Assembly (NCBI GenBank): GCA_027064425.1
Contig: JAMOPO010000026.1
Location: 1-45,941 of the forward strand
Direction of reading: 5' to 3'
DNA: 45,941 nt
Origin: Methanobacteriota archaeon
Lineage (GTDB): Archaea; JAADCQ01; Methanopyri; Methanopyrales; Methanopyraceae
Each line of letters starts with the position of its first letter. The stretch's first letter is position 1. Both the position numbers and the translations under genes were made by a program. The notes beneath the pieces were generated by a model. The model was not told the DNA's origin. It saw nothing but the letters and a program-made list of their open reading frames with translations, and ran no database searches. Shown here piece by piece: positions 26,895 to 36,350 of the stretch.

Positions 26895-27641
26895 ATGGCG
26901 GAGAAGAAGGAGCCGGCCGAGGGCTGGCCCATCGTGGAGGGTGACTACGTCGTCGGCGACCCCGAGGCGCCCGTGCACGTGGTCACGCTCGGCTCTCACA
27001 TCGAGGAGGACATCCTGAAGGCGGCCGGTGAGGACAAGGTGGCCATCGCCGGCCCGTGCAAGACGGAGAACATCGGCATCGAGAAGGTCGTGGCCAACGT
27101 CATCGCCAACCCGAACATCCGGTTCTGCGTGCTCTGCGGCGCGGAGGTGACCGGGCACCTCACGGGGCAGTCGTTCAAGGCCATGTACGAGAACGGCGTC
27201 GACCCGGACTCGGGCGAGATCATCGGGGCGGAGGGCGCCATCCCGTACCTGGAGAACCTGCCGGAGGAGGCGATCGAGCGGTACCGGGACCAGATCGTGG
27301 AGCTCGTGGACCTGATCGACGTGGAGGATATCGACGAGATCGTGAAGGCGATCGAGGAGTGCGTGGAGAAGGACCCGGGAGCCTACGAGGAGGGCCCGAT
27401 GACGGTCTCGCTGGAGGAGGAAGAGGAGGAGGAGCTCGCGGAGGTCGCGGGACTGCCGGTGTCCGCGGAGACGGTCACCGTGGAGTACCGGGTGAACGAC
27501 GTGAAGATGGGCGTCAAGAGCGTGGGAGCGATGCAGCGCTACATGGCGGGCTACCTGTCCGGGCGGACCATGGGCCTGCTGTTCGGGCTGGTGTCGGGGC
27601 TGGTGTTCCTGTTCCTGCCCCTCGTCCTCGTAGGAACGTAA
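26895..27641 (+). CDS. mtrA: tetrahydromethanopterin S-methyltransferase subunit A
   Basis: VTLGSH, GPCKTENIGIEKVVAN, EVTGHLTGQ (corrinoid His), C-terminal TM anchor. Confidence 0.98.
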   Translation: MAEKKEPAEGWPIVEGDYVVGDPEAPVHVVTLGSHIEEDILKAAGEDKVAIAGPCKTENIGIEKVVANVIANPNIRFCVLCGAEVTGHLTGQSFKAMYENGVDPDSGEIIGAEGAIPYLENLPEEAIERYRDQIVELVDLIDVEDIDEIVKAIEECVEKDPGAYEEGPMTVSLEEEEEEELAEVAGLPVSAETVTVEYRVNDVKMGVKSVGAMQRYMAGYLSGRTMGLLFGLVSGLVFLFLPLVLVGT

Positions 27642-27653
27642 GGGGGATGCGGC

Positions 27654-27875
27654 TTGGCCGAGGAGGAAGTGCCCAAGATGATCGCCCCGGAGGACGACAT
27701 CAAGGAGATCCACTCGCGGCTGGACGAGATCGAGCGGCGCCTGGACTTCGTGTGGGGTGAGGTTTACCAGCGCTTCGGCAAGCGGATCGGTCGCGACATT
27801 GGCATCCTGTACGGGCTCGTGATCGGACTGTACCTGTGCATGCTGTACATCCTGCTGGGGGTAGCCTTCCGGTAA
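27654..27875 (+). CDS. mtrG: tetrahydromethanopterin S-methyltransferase subunit G
   Basis: RLDEIERRLDF..GEVYQRFGKRIGRDIGILYG. Confidence 0.97.
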   Translation: MAEEEVPKMIAPEDDIKEIHSRLDEIERRLDFVWGEVYQRFGKRIGRDIGILYGLVIGLYLCMLYILLGVAFR

Positions 27876-27901
27876 AGTGACAATCTTGGGGGTGTTGGCC
27901 G

Positions 27902-28870
27902 TTGTTCTACTTCCCGGGTAAGGAGCAGAAGGTGGTGGACATCTGCGGGGTGAAGGTCGGCGGCCAGCCCGGTGAGTACCCCACGGTGCTCGCGGGCACC
28001 ATGTTCTACGCCGGGCACAAGATCGTGAAGGACGAGGAGAAGGGCGAGTTCGACGAGGAGAAGGCGGAGGAGCTCATCAAGATGGAGGAGGAGCTCGCCG
28101 ACGAGACCGGCAACCCGATGATGGCGCACATCATGGCCGAGTCGGAGGAGGCGATGATCCGGTACCTGGACTGGGTCGCCGACGTGACCGACGCGCCCAT
28201 CATCGTGGACTCCACGGAGGCGAACGTGAAGATCGCCGCCGTCAAGCACGCGCAGGAGGTCGGCCTGGCCGAGCGGATCGTGTACAACTCGATCAACGCC
28301 TCCGCCGAGGACGAGGAGATCCAGGTGATCAAGGAGTCCGACTGCAACTCCGCCATCGTCCTGGCCTTCAACCCGATGGACGAGTCCATCGAGGGTCGCC
28401 TGAAGATCCTCACCGAGGGTGAAGAGGGCGTCTCCGACAAGGGCATGCTGGAGATCGCCGAGGAGTGCGGCATCGAGAACCCACTGATCGACACCGCCGC
28501 CACGCCCTTCGGCTCGGGCGCCGGTCAGTCGGTGAAGGCCGTCATCGCCGTCAAGGCCAAGCTGGGGCTCCCGGCCGGAGGGGCCCCGCACAACATCCCG
28601 TCGGCGTGGGACTGGATGCGAGAGCTGCGGAAGAAGCTGCGCGAGGAGGGCAAGGAGGACTGGGCCAAGGAGATGTGGGAGGCGGTGGACTGGGGCTCGA
28701 ACTTCATCGAGCAGATCCTGGGCGCCGACTTCCTGCTGTTCGGACCCATCGAGAACGCGCCGGCGATCTGGGCAGCGGCGGCGATGATCGACGCGCTGAT
28801 CGCCGAGGCTAACGAGGACATCGGCATCGAGCCGCAGGTCGAGGACCACCCGGCCAACATCGTCCGCTAA
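27902..28870 (+). CDS. mtrH: tetrahydromethanopterin S-methyltransferase subunit H
   Basis: GGQPGEYPTVLAGTMFY, YNSINAS, GADFLLFGPIENA. Confidence 0.98.
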   Translation: MFYFPGKEQKVVDICGVKVGGQPGEYPTVLAGTMFYAGHKIVKDEEKGEFDEEKAEELIKMEEELADETGNPMMAHIMAESEEAMIRYLDWVADVTDAPIIVDSTEANVKIAAVKHAQEVGLAERIVYNSINASAEDEEIQVIKESDCNSAIVLAFNPMDESIEGRLKILTEGEEGVSDKGMLEIAEECGIENPLIDTAATPFGSGAGQSVKAVIAVKAKLGLPAGGAPHNIPSAWDWMRELRKKLREEGKEDWAKEMWEAVDWGSNFIEQILGADFLLFGPIENAPAIWAAAAMIDALIAEANEDIGIEPQVEDHPANIVR

Positions 28871-28881
28871 GCCCCCTCCCG

Positions 28882-30135
28882 CTAACGCCCCCACAGCCCC
28901 CTCTTTTTCGCCTCCTCCAGCACCTCCCGCGCGTACCTGACCACGTACGGATTCTCGTCCGAGAAGCGCCCCTCGTACCGCCGCAGCGTCTCCTCAATCT
29001 TCTCCCAGCACTCGTCCGGCACCCGACCCGTCGTCGCGTCCCAGCCCAGCAGGTTCTTCACCCGCTTCAGCCACTCCGACGCGCCCTTCGCCCCGTGCTC
29101 CAGCATCGCCTCGACCCACTCCTCGTTCGCCAGCTTCTGATCCACCAACCGCCGGAGCTCGTCCTCCAGCGATCGCGTGATCACCCGGTTCGGATCCGTC
29201 ACATCGTGATGATAGCACTCCACCCGCTCGCCCGAGAGCTCCTCCGCCGCCGCGACCATCCCACCGTGGAACGCGAAGTGGCAGCAGCAGCTGAGGATGT
29301 CCCACTCGTGCGAGGACTGCGAGATCGAGACCGCCCGCACGTTGGACAGCGCCCGCTCGAACTCCTCGAAGGCCTCCTCACCGAACGCCTCCCGACCGTA
29401 GGCGTACCCGCCCCACCGCACGTACACCCGCGCCAGGTCCGACCGGCCCTCCCACGCGGACGCGTGCACGGCGTAGTTCACGCCGGCCCCGTACGCCCCG
29501 GGCGGGTCCCCGAAGACGCGGTGACCGCCCCCGTGCCGCTTCACGAAGTTCTCCTCCTCCGACTCGTCCCGGTCCCGAACCAGCTCGAACGCCTCATCGA
29601 GCAGCTCGATCAGGTTCGGGAACGCGTCCCGGAACATCCCGCTGATCCGGACCACCACGTCCACCCTCGGCCGACCCAGCTCCTCGACCGGGACCACCTC
29701 CAGCCCCCGGACCACGCCCGACTCGTCCCACCGGGGTCGCACGCCCAGCAGCCACAGGACCTGCGCCAGCACCTCACCGCCCGTCCGCATCACGTCCGAC
29801 GCCCAGAGCACGACCCCCACCGCGCGCGGGTACTCGCCCCGCTCCTCCCGGTACCGCTCCAGCGTCTTCTCCGCGAGCCGGCGCCCCACCCGCCAGGCCC
29901 GCCGGGTCGGCACCTTCCTCGGGTCCACCGAGTAGAAGTTCTTGCCCGTGGGGAGCACGTCCACGTCGCCTCGCGTGGGGTTGCCCGAGGGGCCCGGCTC
30001 GACGAACTCACCCTCGAGCGCCCTCACCGTGACCTCCAGCTCCCGCTCGCACGCGAGCAGTCGGCGGAGCACCGACCGCGCGAACTCCCGGGCCTCCTCC
30101 GTCACCGCCTCCCGCACGCGCTCCTTAAGACTCAA
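28882..30135 (-). CDS. CobN/ChlH-family chelatase, C-terminal portion
   Basis: LEGEFVEPGPSGNPTRG, VLPTGKNFYSVDP, LGRPRVDVVVRISGMFRDAFP, YGAGV; TTG start after a GGGGT RBS. Confidence 0.9.
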   Translation of the reverse strand: MSLKERVREAVTEEAREFARSVLRRLLACERELEVTVRALEGEFVEPGPSGNPTRGDVDVLPTGKNFYSVDPRKVPTRRAWRVGRRLAEKTLERYREERGEYPRAVGVVLWASDVMRTGGEVLAQVLWLLGVRPRWDESGVVRGLEVVPVEELGRPRVDVVVRISGMFRDAFPNLIELLDEAFELVRDRDESEEENFVKRHGGGHRVFGDPPGAYGAGVNYAVHASAWEGRSDLARVYVRWGGYAYGREAFGEEAFEEFERALSNVRAVSISQSSHEWDILSCCCHFAFHGGMVAAAEELSGERVECYHHDVTDPNRVITRSLEDELRRLVDQKLANEEWVEAMLEHGAKGASEWLKRVKNLLGWDATTGRVPDECWEKIEETLRRYEGRFSDENPYVVRYAREVLEEAKKRGLWGR

Positions 30136-30208
30136 ACCGGACCCCGCCCGCACACCGTACCACGAAACGTTACTAAGGTAACACCGGATAAGCCTTGAGG
30201 GGATCAGC

Positions 30209-32281
30209 GTGCGGGTCCTCTGCGTGTGCTCGAGCACCATCGTGAGAGCCGCCCGGCGCGTCGCCGAGCGCCTCCCCTTCGACCTCGAGGTCGCGACCCA
30301 GGACGACGCGCCCGGGTCCGGGAGCTACGACCTGATCGTCCTGCTCCGCGTCACCCAGCCCGTCGTCCCGGACGAGGACGCGGAGGTGGTGGCCGTCCCC
30401 CTCGACGGCTCCACCGGGGTCCAGACCCTGAACACCGTGCCCGACCGAGTCGTCGATCGCGTGCGCGAGTACGTCGAGCACGGTGGAGAGCGGAACCTGG
30501 AGCACGCCCTCCGCTACCTGGCGAGCGAGGTGCTCGGCCTGGACCTGGAGTACGAGCCCCCGGAGGAGCGACCGTGGGACGGTCTGTACCACCCGGACCG
30601 CGGCCTGCTGGAGGAGGCGCCCGAGCCCTCCGACCGGGAGACGATCGGGGTCTACCTCAGCCGGGAGATGTGGGTCTGGGGCTGCACCGACGTCCCCGAT
30701 CGGCTGATCCGGGAGGTCGAGCGCGCGGGCGGCCGGGCCCTGGGCGTGTTCACCAAGCCGGGCCGCGGGCGCCCGCTGGACGAGCTCCTCACGGTGGACG
30801 GTGAGCCGGTCGTGGACGCCCTGCTGGTCGTCAAGAAGCCCTCCTTCAAGCGGGGGTACGAGCGGGGCTTTGAGGCGCTCCGGCGGCTCGGCGTTCCCGT
30901 GATCAACGCGGTGATCTCCTGGTACCGAACCCGGGAGGAGTGGCGCGAGTCGGAGCAGGGGTTGAGCCCGGGCGACCTGGCGTACGGGGTCGCGATGGGC
31001 GAGCTTCAGGGCCGGGTCGATCCGATCCCGGTCGGGTTCAGGGCCGAGGGCGGGGGCTACGAGCCGGAGCCCGGGCGGTGCCGGCTGGCGGCTCGGCGGG
31101 CGCTGCGCTGGGCCCGGCTGCGCCGGAAGCCGCCGGAGGAGCGCCGGGTGGCGATCGTCCTGAACAACGGGATCTGCTCCCGGGGCGAGGCCGGGATCGG
31201 CGCGGCGATGGGGCTGGACACGTTCGAGAGCTTGGCCCGGCTGCTCCGGCGGCTGCGAGAGGAGGGGTACCGGCTGGACTGGGTGCCGGAGGATGGTCGG
31301 GAGCTGGAGCGGGAGTTCTTCCGGAGGAAGGCGTTCAACGAGTTCAAGAGCACGACCGTGGAGGACATCCTGGCCTCGGGTGGCGCGGTGGACCTGGTCC
31401 CGCTGGACCGGTACCTGGAGTGGTTCGAGGAGCTGCCGGAGGAGCTGCAGGAGCGGATGGTGGAGGAGTGGGGCGAGCCGCCCGGGGACGCGATGGTGGT
31501 GGACGACTGCATTGTAATCGCGGGGATCCGGACGGGCAACGTGTTCCTCGGCGTGCAGCCGAAGCGGGGGTGCGCCGGGACGGATTGTAGCGGCGAGGTC
31601 TGCAGGATCCTGCACGACCCGCACTGCCCGCCGACGCACCATTACTACGCCTTCTACCGGTGGATCCGGGACGAGTTCCGGGCGGACGTGCTCCTGCACG
31701 CGGGCACGCACGGCACGCACGAGTGGCTGCCGGGGAAGTCGGTGGGGCTGTCCGAGACCTGCTGGCCGGAGGTCTGCATCGGCGACCTGCCGGTCGTGTA
31801 CTGGTACATCGTGAGCAACCCGTCCGAGGGCACGCAGGCGAAGCGCCGCGGGTACTCGACGCTCGTGGACCACTGCCCGCCGCCGCTGGGCGGGACGGAG
31901 GCGGGCGTGGAGGAGGTGGAGGAGCGGCTGGACGAGGCGCAGCGGTCGGGCGAGGTGGACCCGCGCCTGTTCGAGGAGTGGGAGGCGAGGGCGGGTGCGT
32001 TCATCGAGAAGGGGCTGCACGTGATCGGGGAGCCGCCGCGAGATCCCGAGCGGCTCGCGGAGTTCCTGTACGCGCTCTGCCGGAACCGGCTCCGGGAGCT
32101 GATCGCCCGGGAGCTGGGCGTGGACCTCGAGGAGGTGCTGGAGCGGCCCGGGGAGGAGAACGAGGAGCTGGGGGTCGCGAACCGGGAGCTCGCCCGGGTC
32201 ATCGATGAGGTGGTTCGAGAGGTGTGTGAGGAGGTGGTGGCGGAGGAGCTCGGGTCCGAAAGGGATAACCCGCGGGAGTGA
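30209..32281 (+). CDS. CobN/ChlH-family chelatase, N-terminal portion
   Basis: RRVAIVLNN, GLDTFES, GNVFLGVQPKRG, HDPHCPPTHHY, HAGTHGTHEWLPGK, EGTQAKRRG, GLHVIG. Confidence 0.9.
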   Translation: MRVLCVCSSTIVRAARRVAERLPFDLEVATQDDAPGSGSYDLIVLLRVTQPVVPDEDAEVVAVPLDGSTGVQTLNTVPDRVVDRVREYVEHGGERNLEHALRYLASEVLGLDLEYEPPEERPWDGLYHPDRGLLEEAPEPSDRETIGVYLSREMWVWGCTDVPDRLIREVERAGGRALGVFTKPGRGRPLDELLTVDGEPVVDALLVVKKPSFKRGYERGFEALRRLGVPVINAVISWYRTREEWRESEQGLSPGDLAYGVAMGELQGRVDPIPVGFRAEGGGYEPEPGRCRLAARRALRWARLRRKPPEERRVAIVLNNGICSRGEAGIGAAMGLDTFESLARLLRRLREEGYRLDWVPEDGRELEREFFRRKAFNEFKSTTVEDILASGGAVDLVPLDRYLEWFEELPEELQERMVEEWGEPPGDAMVVDDCIVIAGIRTGNVFLGVQPKRGCAGTDCSGEVCRILHDPHCPPTHHYYAFYRWIRDEFRADVLLHAGTHGTHEWLPGKSVGLSETCWPEVCIGDLPVVYWYIVSNPSEGTQAKRRGYSTLVDHCPPPLGGTEAGVEEVEERLDEAQRSGEVDPRLFEEWEARAGAFIEKGLHVIGEPPRDPERLAEFLYALCRNRLRELIARELGVDLEEVLERPGEENEELGVANRELARVIDEVVREVCEEVVAEELGSERDNPRE

Positions 32282-32301
32282 GTGGCCCGGAGGGGCTCTC
32301 G

Positions 32302-33744
32302 ATGGGGCTGCTCTCACGCCTTTTCCGCCGCGGCCCCCGGCCGCAGATCGCCGAGAGCGAGAAGGTCACGGGCCCGGCGGCGGTCAGTCGGAACTACTAC
32401 ATCGTCGCGTCGGTGGAGCTGGGCAACACGACGACGAAGTGCATCCTGACGGCCACGGACCTGAAGGAGGGCGTGACGTACCTGATTCACAAGGAGGTTC
32501 GGATGACGCGGGACGTGCGCCCGCCGAGGACGGGTGAGGAGGTGTTCGGGGAGACGGTGTGGGGGGTCAAGCTCACCCGGGAGGCGGTGGCCGAGCTGGT
32601 GGCGGACACGCTCAAGTCCGCGGTCAGGAGCGCGAACATTCGGATCGAGGACGTGCACTTCGTCGTCCGGTCCACCGGCGTCACCGCGGGGTTCGCCTCG
32701 CCCGAGGAGGTGGGCGAGATGATCAAGGCGCTGGCGGACGGGTGCCTTAAGGCCGGGATCCCGCCGAAGCGGATGACGGCGGCGATGAGCAAGGAGAGCA
32801 TCCCGGAGCCGTTCCGGGAGTACTCGCTGATCGACAAGGTGTACTTCGACGGCGCGGTCACCGGCGTCAAGCCGCCGGCGGGCAAGGAGATCGTGGCGAA
32901 CGAGATGGAGGGCGAGCTGGTGATGGCCGGGATCAAGGCGGGCGCCAAGTCCACCAAGGTGGACTTCCGGAACCCGTGCATGGCGATCGACTACGGGACC
33001 ACGCTGGCGGGTCGGATCACGAACGACGAGCTCCCGTACGCGGACACCATCGGCAACCTCTGCGGCCTGGCGGGTGCGATCATGGACGCGATCGCGCGCG
33101 GGTGCGGGGAGATCGACGAGGAGACGGGCTGCGCGCTGGACCTGCCGCAGGACGTGGAGCCGGACGTGGGCGAGAAGGCCCGAGAACTGGCCGAGGAGGC
33201 GCACGAGTACATCGACATTCGGGAGGTCCCGCGCTCCGCGAAGCGGTTCGGCACGGTGCCCGTGGACCCGAAGCGCGCGAAGAAGGCCGGGCTCAAGCTG
33301 ATCGGGTGCGACGTCGGCGAGAACGGCAGCGATCTGCCCGAGCTGACCGAGATCGGGCGGGAGGCGTACGAGGAGGGCGGGTACGAGCTGCTGTTCGGCG
33401 TGCTGGACTGGACCGCCGCGCTCATGGCCAAGCGCCTCATCGAGACCGCCCTCGACCTCGACCTGATCGACGAGAACACGGCCATCGGCATCACCGGGCG
33501 GGCCGGGATCACGGGCAAGAAGCCCGAGCTCATCTGCCGGATAATCCAGGAGGAGTTCGGTGACTACTGGGACCCGGAGGAGGACGTGGTCTTCGTCGAC
33601 GATGGACTCGCCCGCGGCGCCGCGACCATGGCCCGATGCATGAACTGCCTTGGAACGCCCGACAACCCGCTAGGCGGCAACCGAGGGGGAGGGTGCATTC
33701 TCGGCCTCAGAGTCAAGCACCAGCGGAAGGAGAAGGCTTCCTGA
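32302..33744 (+). CDS. methanogenesis marker 14 protein (DUF2114)
   Basis: YYIVASVELGNTTTKCIL, FVVRSTGVTAGF, DYGTTLAGR, DDGLARGAATMARCMN. Confidence 0.88.
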   Translation: MGLLSRLFRRGPRPQIAESEKVTGPAAVSRNYYIVASVELGNTTTKCILTATDLKEGVTYLIHKEVRMTRDVRPPRTGEEVFGETVWGVKLTREAVAELVADTLKSAVRSANIRIEDVHFVVRSTGVTAGFASPEEVGEMIKALADGCLKAGIPPKRMTAAMSKESIPEPFREYSLIDKVYFDGAVTGVKPPAGKEIVANEMEGELVMAGIKAGAKSTKVDFRNPCMAIDYGTTLAGRITNDELPYADTIGNLCGLAGAIMDAIARGCGEIDEETGCALDLPQDVEPDVGEKARELAEEAHEYIDIREVPRSAKRFGTVPVDPKRAKKAGLKLIGCDVGENGSDLPELTEIGREAYEEGGYELLFGVLDWTAALMAKRLIETALDLDLIDENTAIGITGRAGITGKKPELICRIIQEEFGDYWDPEEDVVFVDDGLARGAATMARCMNCLGTPDNPLGGNRGGGCILGLRVKHQRKEKAS

Positions 33745-33769
33745 GCTCCCGCCCGACTCCTTCGACGAG

Positions 33770-34291
33770 GTGCTCTCCGCCTTCGAGGGCATCGAGACCT
33801 ACCGGGAGCTGGCGGCCACCGTGCGGGAGCTCGCCGAGCGGACCGATTTCACGGTGCTCGGGCTCCTGCGCCGCGAGCTGTGGCGCCAGGCCCGCTACAT
33901 CCACCCCAAGCGGTACCGCGAGGACATCCTCAAGACCATGCAGCAGACGCTCGTTGACCGGCTCAACAGGGCGCGCGAGCTCGAGCCCGAGGACTACCCG
34001 AGCGAGCCCATTGAAGGGTACGACGAGTTCCTGCGCGTGGTGCGCGAGTACTCGGAGGACCCGGACTACGACTCCCCGCTGCTCCTGCTGTACGAGGGAC
34101 TGCTCGCGGCCCACGCCGTGTTCCTCGAGGAGGAGCCCGTCCACCCACCCGGCACCACCTTCCCGGGCGTCGGCCGCGTCCGCGAGGAGGATGGCACTTA
34201 TTACTGCCCGATCAAGCGGCTCCGGGAGGACCAGCCCGGCTCGTTCTGCGCCGTCTGCCCGGCCGAGCAGGACCCGGAGGTGAGCCCATGA
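33770..34291 (+). CDS. UPF0305/DUF2115 methanogen protein (start uncertain)
   Basis: PVHPPGTTFPG...YYCPIK...FCAVCPAEQ. Confidence 0.8.
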   Translation: MLSAFEGIETYRELAATVRELAERTDFTVLGLLRRELWRQARYIHPKRYREDILKTMQQTLVDRLNRARELEPEDYPSEPIEGYDEFLRVVREYSEDPDYDSPLLLLYEGLLAAHAVFLEEEPVHPPGTTFPGVGRVREEDGTYYCPIKRLREDQPGSFCAVCPAEQDPEVSP

Positions 34292-35205
34292 CGCCGACGG
34301 TGACGGTCGTCGGCAGCCACCCGGTCAAGCACGAGCCGGGGTTCAAGGACCGCCTGCTCGAGCGGCTGAGGCGAAGGTCCGCGTACGCCCCCGCCATACG
34401 AGAGGCCGTCAAGGACCAGCTGGAGGCGGGGATAGAGCTGATCTCGGACGGCCAGGTCCGCGGAGACATGATCGAGATTTTCGCCTCGTACATCCCCGGA
34501 CTCACCGCGGAGGACGAGCCCGCGGTGATCGGGCGGGTCGAGCCGCCCCGCTCCTCTCCACTGGTGCTGGACTACCGCGAGGCCGCGGAGACGGCGGGCG
34601 AGCGAGCGGAGGTGAAGGCCATCCTCACGGGCCCGGTCACGCTCGCCCACTCCCTACGCTTGGAAACGGATCTGTACCCGTCCACTGATCACCCCAGCCT
34701 GCTGAAGGACCTCTCCCGCGCCCTCGCGGCCGAGGCCCGCCGGCTCCGGGAAGAGGGGGCGGAGGTCCTGCAGGTGGACGAGCCCGTGCTGTCCTCCGGC
34801 GCCGTCGAGGTGGGGAGGGTGGCCCGCTACATCAACCGGGTCCTGCGGGCCTTCCGCGGCGGGACCCGGGTGCTTCACGTCTGCGGCAAGGTCACCGACG
34901 TGTACGAGGAGCTGGAGGAGAAGATCAAGGCGGACGTCCTGGACCACGAGCTCGCGGGCCATCCCGAGAACCTGGAGGTCGTAGCCTCCGGGTCCAAGCC
35001 CATCGGCGTGGGCGTGGTCCGCTCCGACTCGGAGCGCGTGGAGAAGGTGAGCGAGGCGGTGAGGGTGCTGGAACGGGCCCGGGAGGAGCTAGGGGAGCGG
35101 GTCGAGTTCGTGGACCCCGACTGCGGCCTCCGCAAGCTGCCGAGGCGGGTGGCCCGGCGGAAGCTCGAGGTGGTCCGGAAGGCCAGGGATCGTGTGTTTT
35201 CATAA
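34288..35205 (+). CDS. metE: single-barrel core methionine synthase (MetE C-terminal-like, methylcobamide dependent)
   Basis: VVGSHP, ISDGQVR, TGPVTL, LQVDEP, LHVCG and DPDCGL Zn ligands; about 305 aa only. Confidence 0.9.
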   Translation: MTPTVTVVGSHPVKHEPGFKDRLLERLRRRSAYAPAIREAVKDQLEAGIELISDGQVRGDMIEIFASYIPGLTAEDEPAVIGRVEPPRSSPLVLDYREAAETAGERAEVKAILTGPVTLAHSLRLETDLYPSTDHPSLLKDLSRALAAEARRLREEGAEVLQVDEPVLSSGAVEVGRVARYINRVLRAFRGGTRVLHVCGKVTDVYEELEEKIKADVLDHELAGHPENLEVVASGSKPIGVGVVRSDSERVEKVSEAVRVLERAREELGERVEFVDPDCGLRKLPRRVARRKLEVVRKARDRVFS

Positions 35206-35270
35206 TACGAAACCCGGGAAAGATGATAACCCTTAACTTGACTGGCTCGGGTGTGTACGAGGGGGTAACA

Positions 35271-35663
35271 ATGACCGAGCTCGAGGAGCGGATCGCCGAG
35301 ATCCTGGAGCGCGGCGACGGCAGGTACCTGGTCATGGGGATGGTGCAGGCGCACGGGCTGGGGCTGAGGTCCCTCGCCAACTCGCTGGGAGTGCCGGTCG
35401 AGGTGCTCGCGACGATCGAGATCGAGGGGTTCGGCAGGGTTCCCCACCCCTCGCTGGTCAGGAAGATCGCGGAGTGGGTGGAGGAGCGGGATCTGAATCC
35501 CGAGGAGCTGGTTGAGGTGGGTAGGGCCCGGTTCCGCTTGGAGTACGAGTGGGACGAGGTGAAGGAAGAGCTCGAGGAGGAGCTGCTGGACGAGGTGTCC
35601 GGTAAGCACCCGGTGGAGCTGGACTACCAGACGCTGCTCAGGGTGGCGCGGGCGCTGTCCTGA
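35271..35663 (+). CDS. hypothetical protein, possible XRE-type HTH
   Basis: GLGLRSLANSLGVPVEVLATIE...PSLVRKIAEW; GAGGGGG RBS. Confidence 0.65.
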   Translation: MTELEERIAEILERGDGRYLVMGMVQAHGLGLRSLANSLGVPVEVLATIEIEGFGRVPHPSLVRKIAEWVEERDLNPEELVEVGRARFRLEYEWDEVKEELEEELLDEVSGKHPVELDYQTLLRVARALS

Positions 35664-35664
35664 G

Positions 35665-35723
35665 GCCCTCGGTCCGTATGCCCCTCTTCACGCGCTCCGC
35701 CACTCTGCGGCTCGTCATCGGGC
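35665..35723 (-). ncRNA. box C/D sRNA; D guide complementary to a 16S rRNA motif (UCCGUAUGCCCC)
   Basis: Stem GCCC/GGGC; C AUGACGA, 12-nt guide, D' CGGA, C' GUGAAGA, 12-nt guide GGGGCAUACGGA, D CCGA. The C box contains the stop codon of the upstream gene. Confidence 0.8.
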
Positions 35724-36350
35724 GCTGAGGAGGAGCGTTAGCGAGCAGTAGGTGAGCGCCGCCCCGCCCGCCGTCCCCAGGACGATCTGGTCGAGGGTGT
35801 GCGCGTTCATTCTGAGGCGCGCCCAGCAGACGGCCCCGGCTACGGGGAGCCACGCGGTCAAGAGTCCCCAATCCCCGGCGTAGCACAGCAGCCCGATCAG
35901 CGTGCCTGCGGAGGAGGCGTGAATGCTGATCTTCCATCTCCTGGTGACCAGGTACACGATCAGGCACGCGAGCGCGTAGGTAAGGAGGATCGCGGAGGCG
36001 AGCGGTGAGGCGTCCAAGAGCCGGGCCGCGAGGGCCCCGGCCCCGTTGCACGCTCCCCCCACGGCGATCAGGGGCAGCCGGTCCTCTTTCCTCGTAAGGA
36101 ACACGTCGGTGTCGTTGGCCCTGATGTAAGCGAGGGCGGTCGCGAGGACCGTTCCGACGACGGTTAGGCCTAGGAGCGATCCCAGGACGTCCCCGCGCGT
36201 CCAGGGCCAAAGGACGGCGAGTCCCTCCACCGTGAGCGGATTGAGCACCAGGGAGAGCCCGTAAGCGACCCGGTCGGCGAGCGCCGGTCCGTACCGCTCG
36301 CCGCGCTCACTCTCTTCCCACGAGTACCGCTCCCACGACAATGAGTACAC
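35715..36350 (-). CDS. integral membrane protein, PAP2 superfamily-like (start uncertain)
   Basis: Multiple TM helices; WKISIHAS and WARLRMNAHTLDQIVLG motifs. Confidence 0.75.
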   Translation of the reverse strand: MYSLSWERYSWEESERGERYGPALADRVAYGLSLVLNPLTVEGLAVLWPWTRGDVLGSLLGLTVVGTVLATALAYIRANDTDVFLTRKEDRLPLIAVGGACNGAGALAARLLDASPLASAILLTYALACLIVYLVTRRWKISIHASSAGTLIGLLCYAGDWGLLTAWLPVAGAVCWARLRMNAHTLDQIVLGTAGGAALTYCSLTLLLSAR

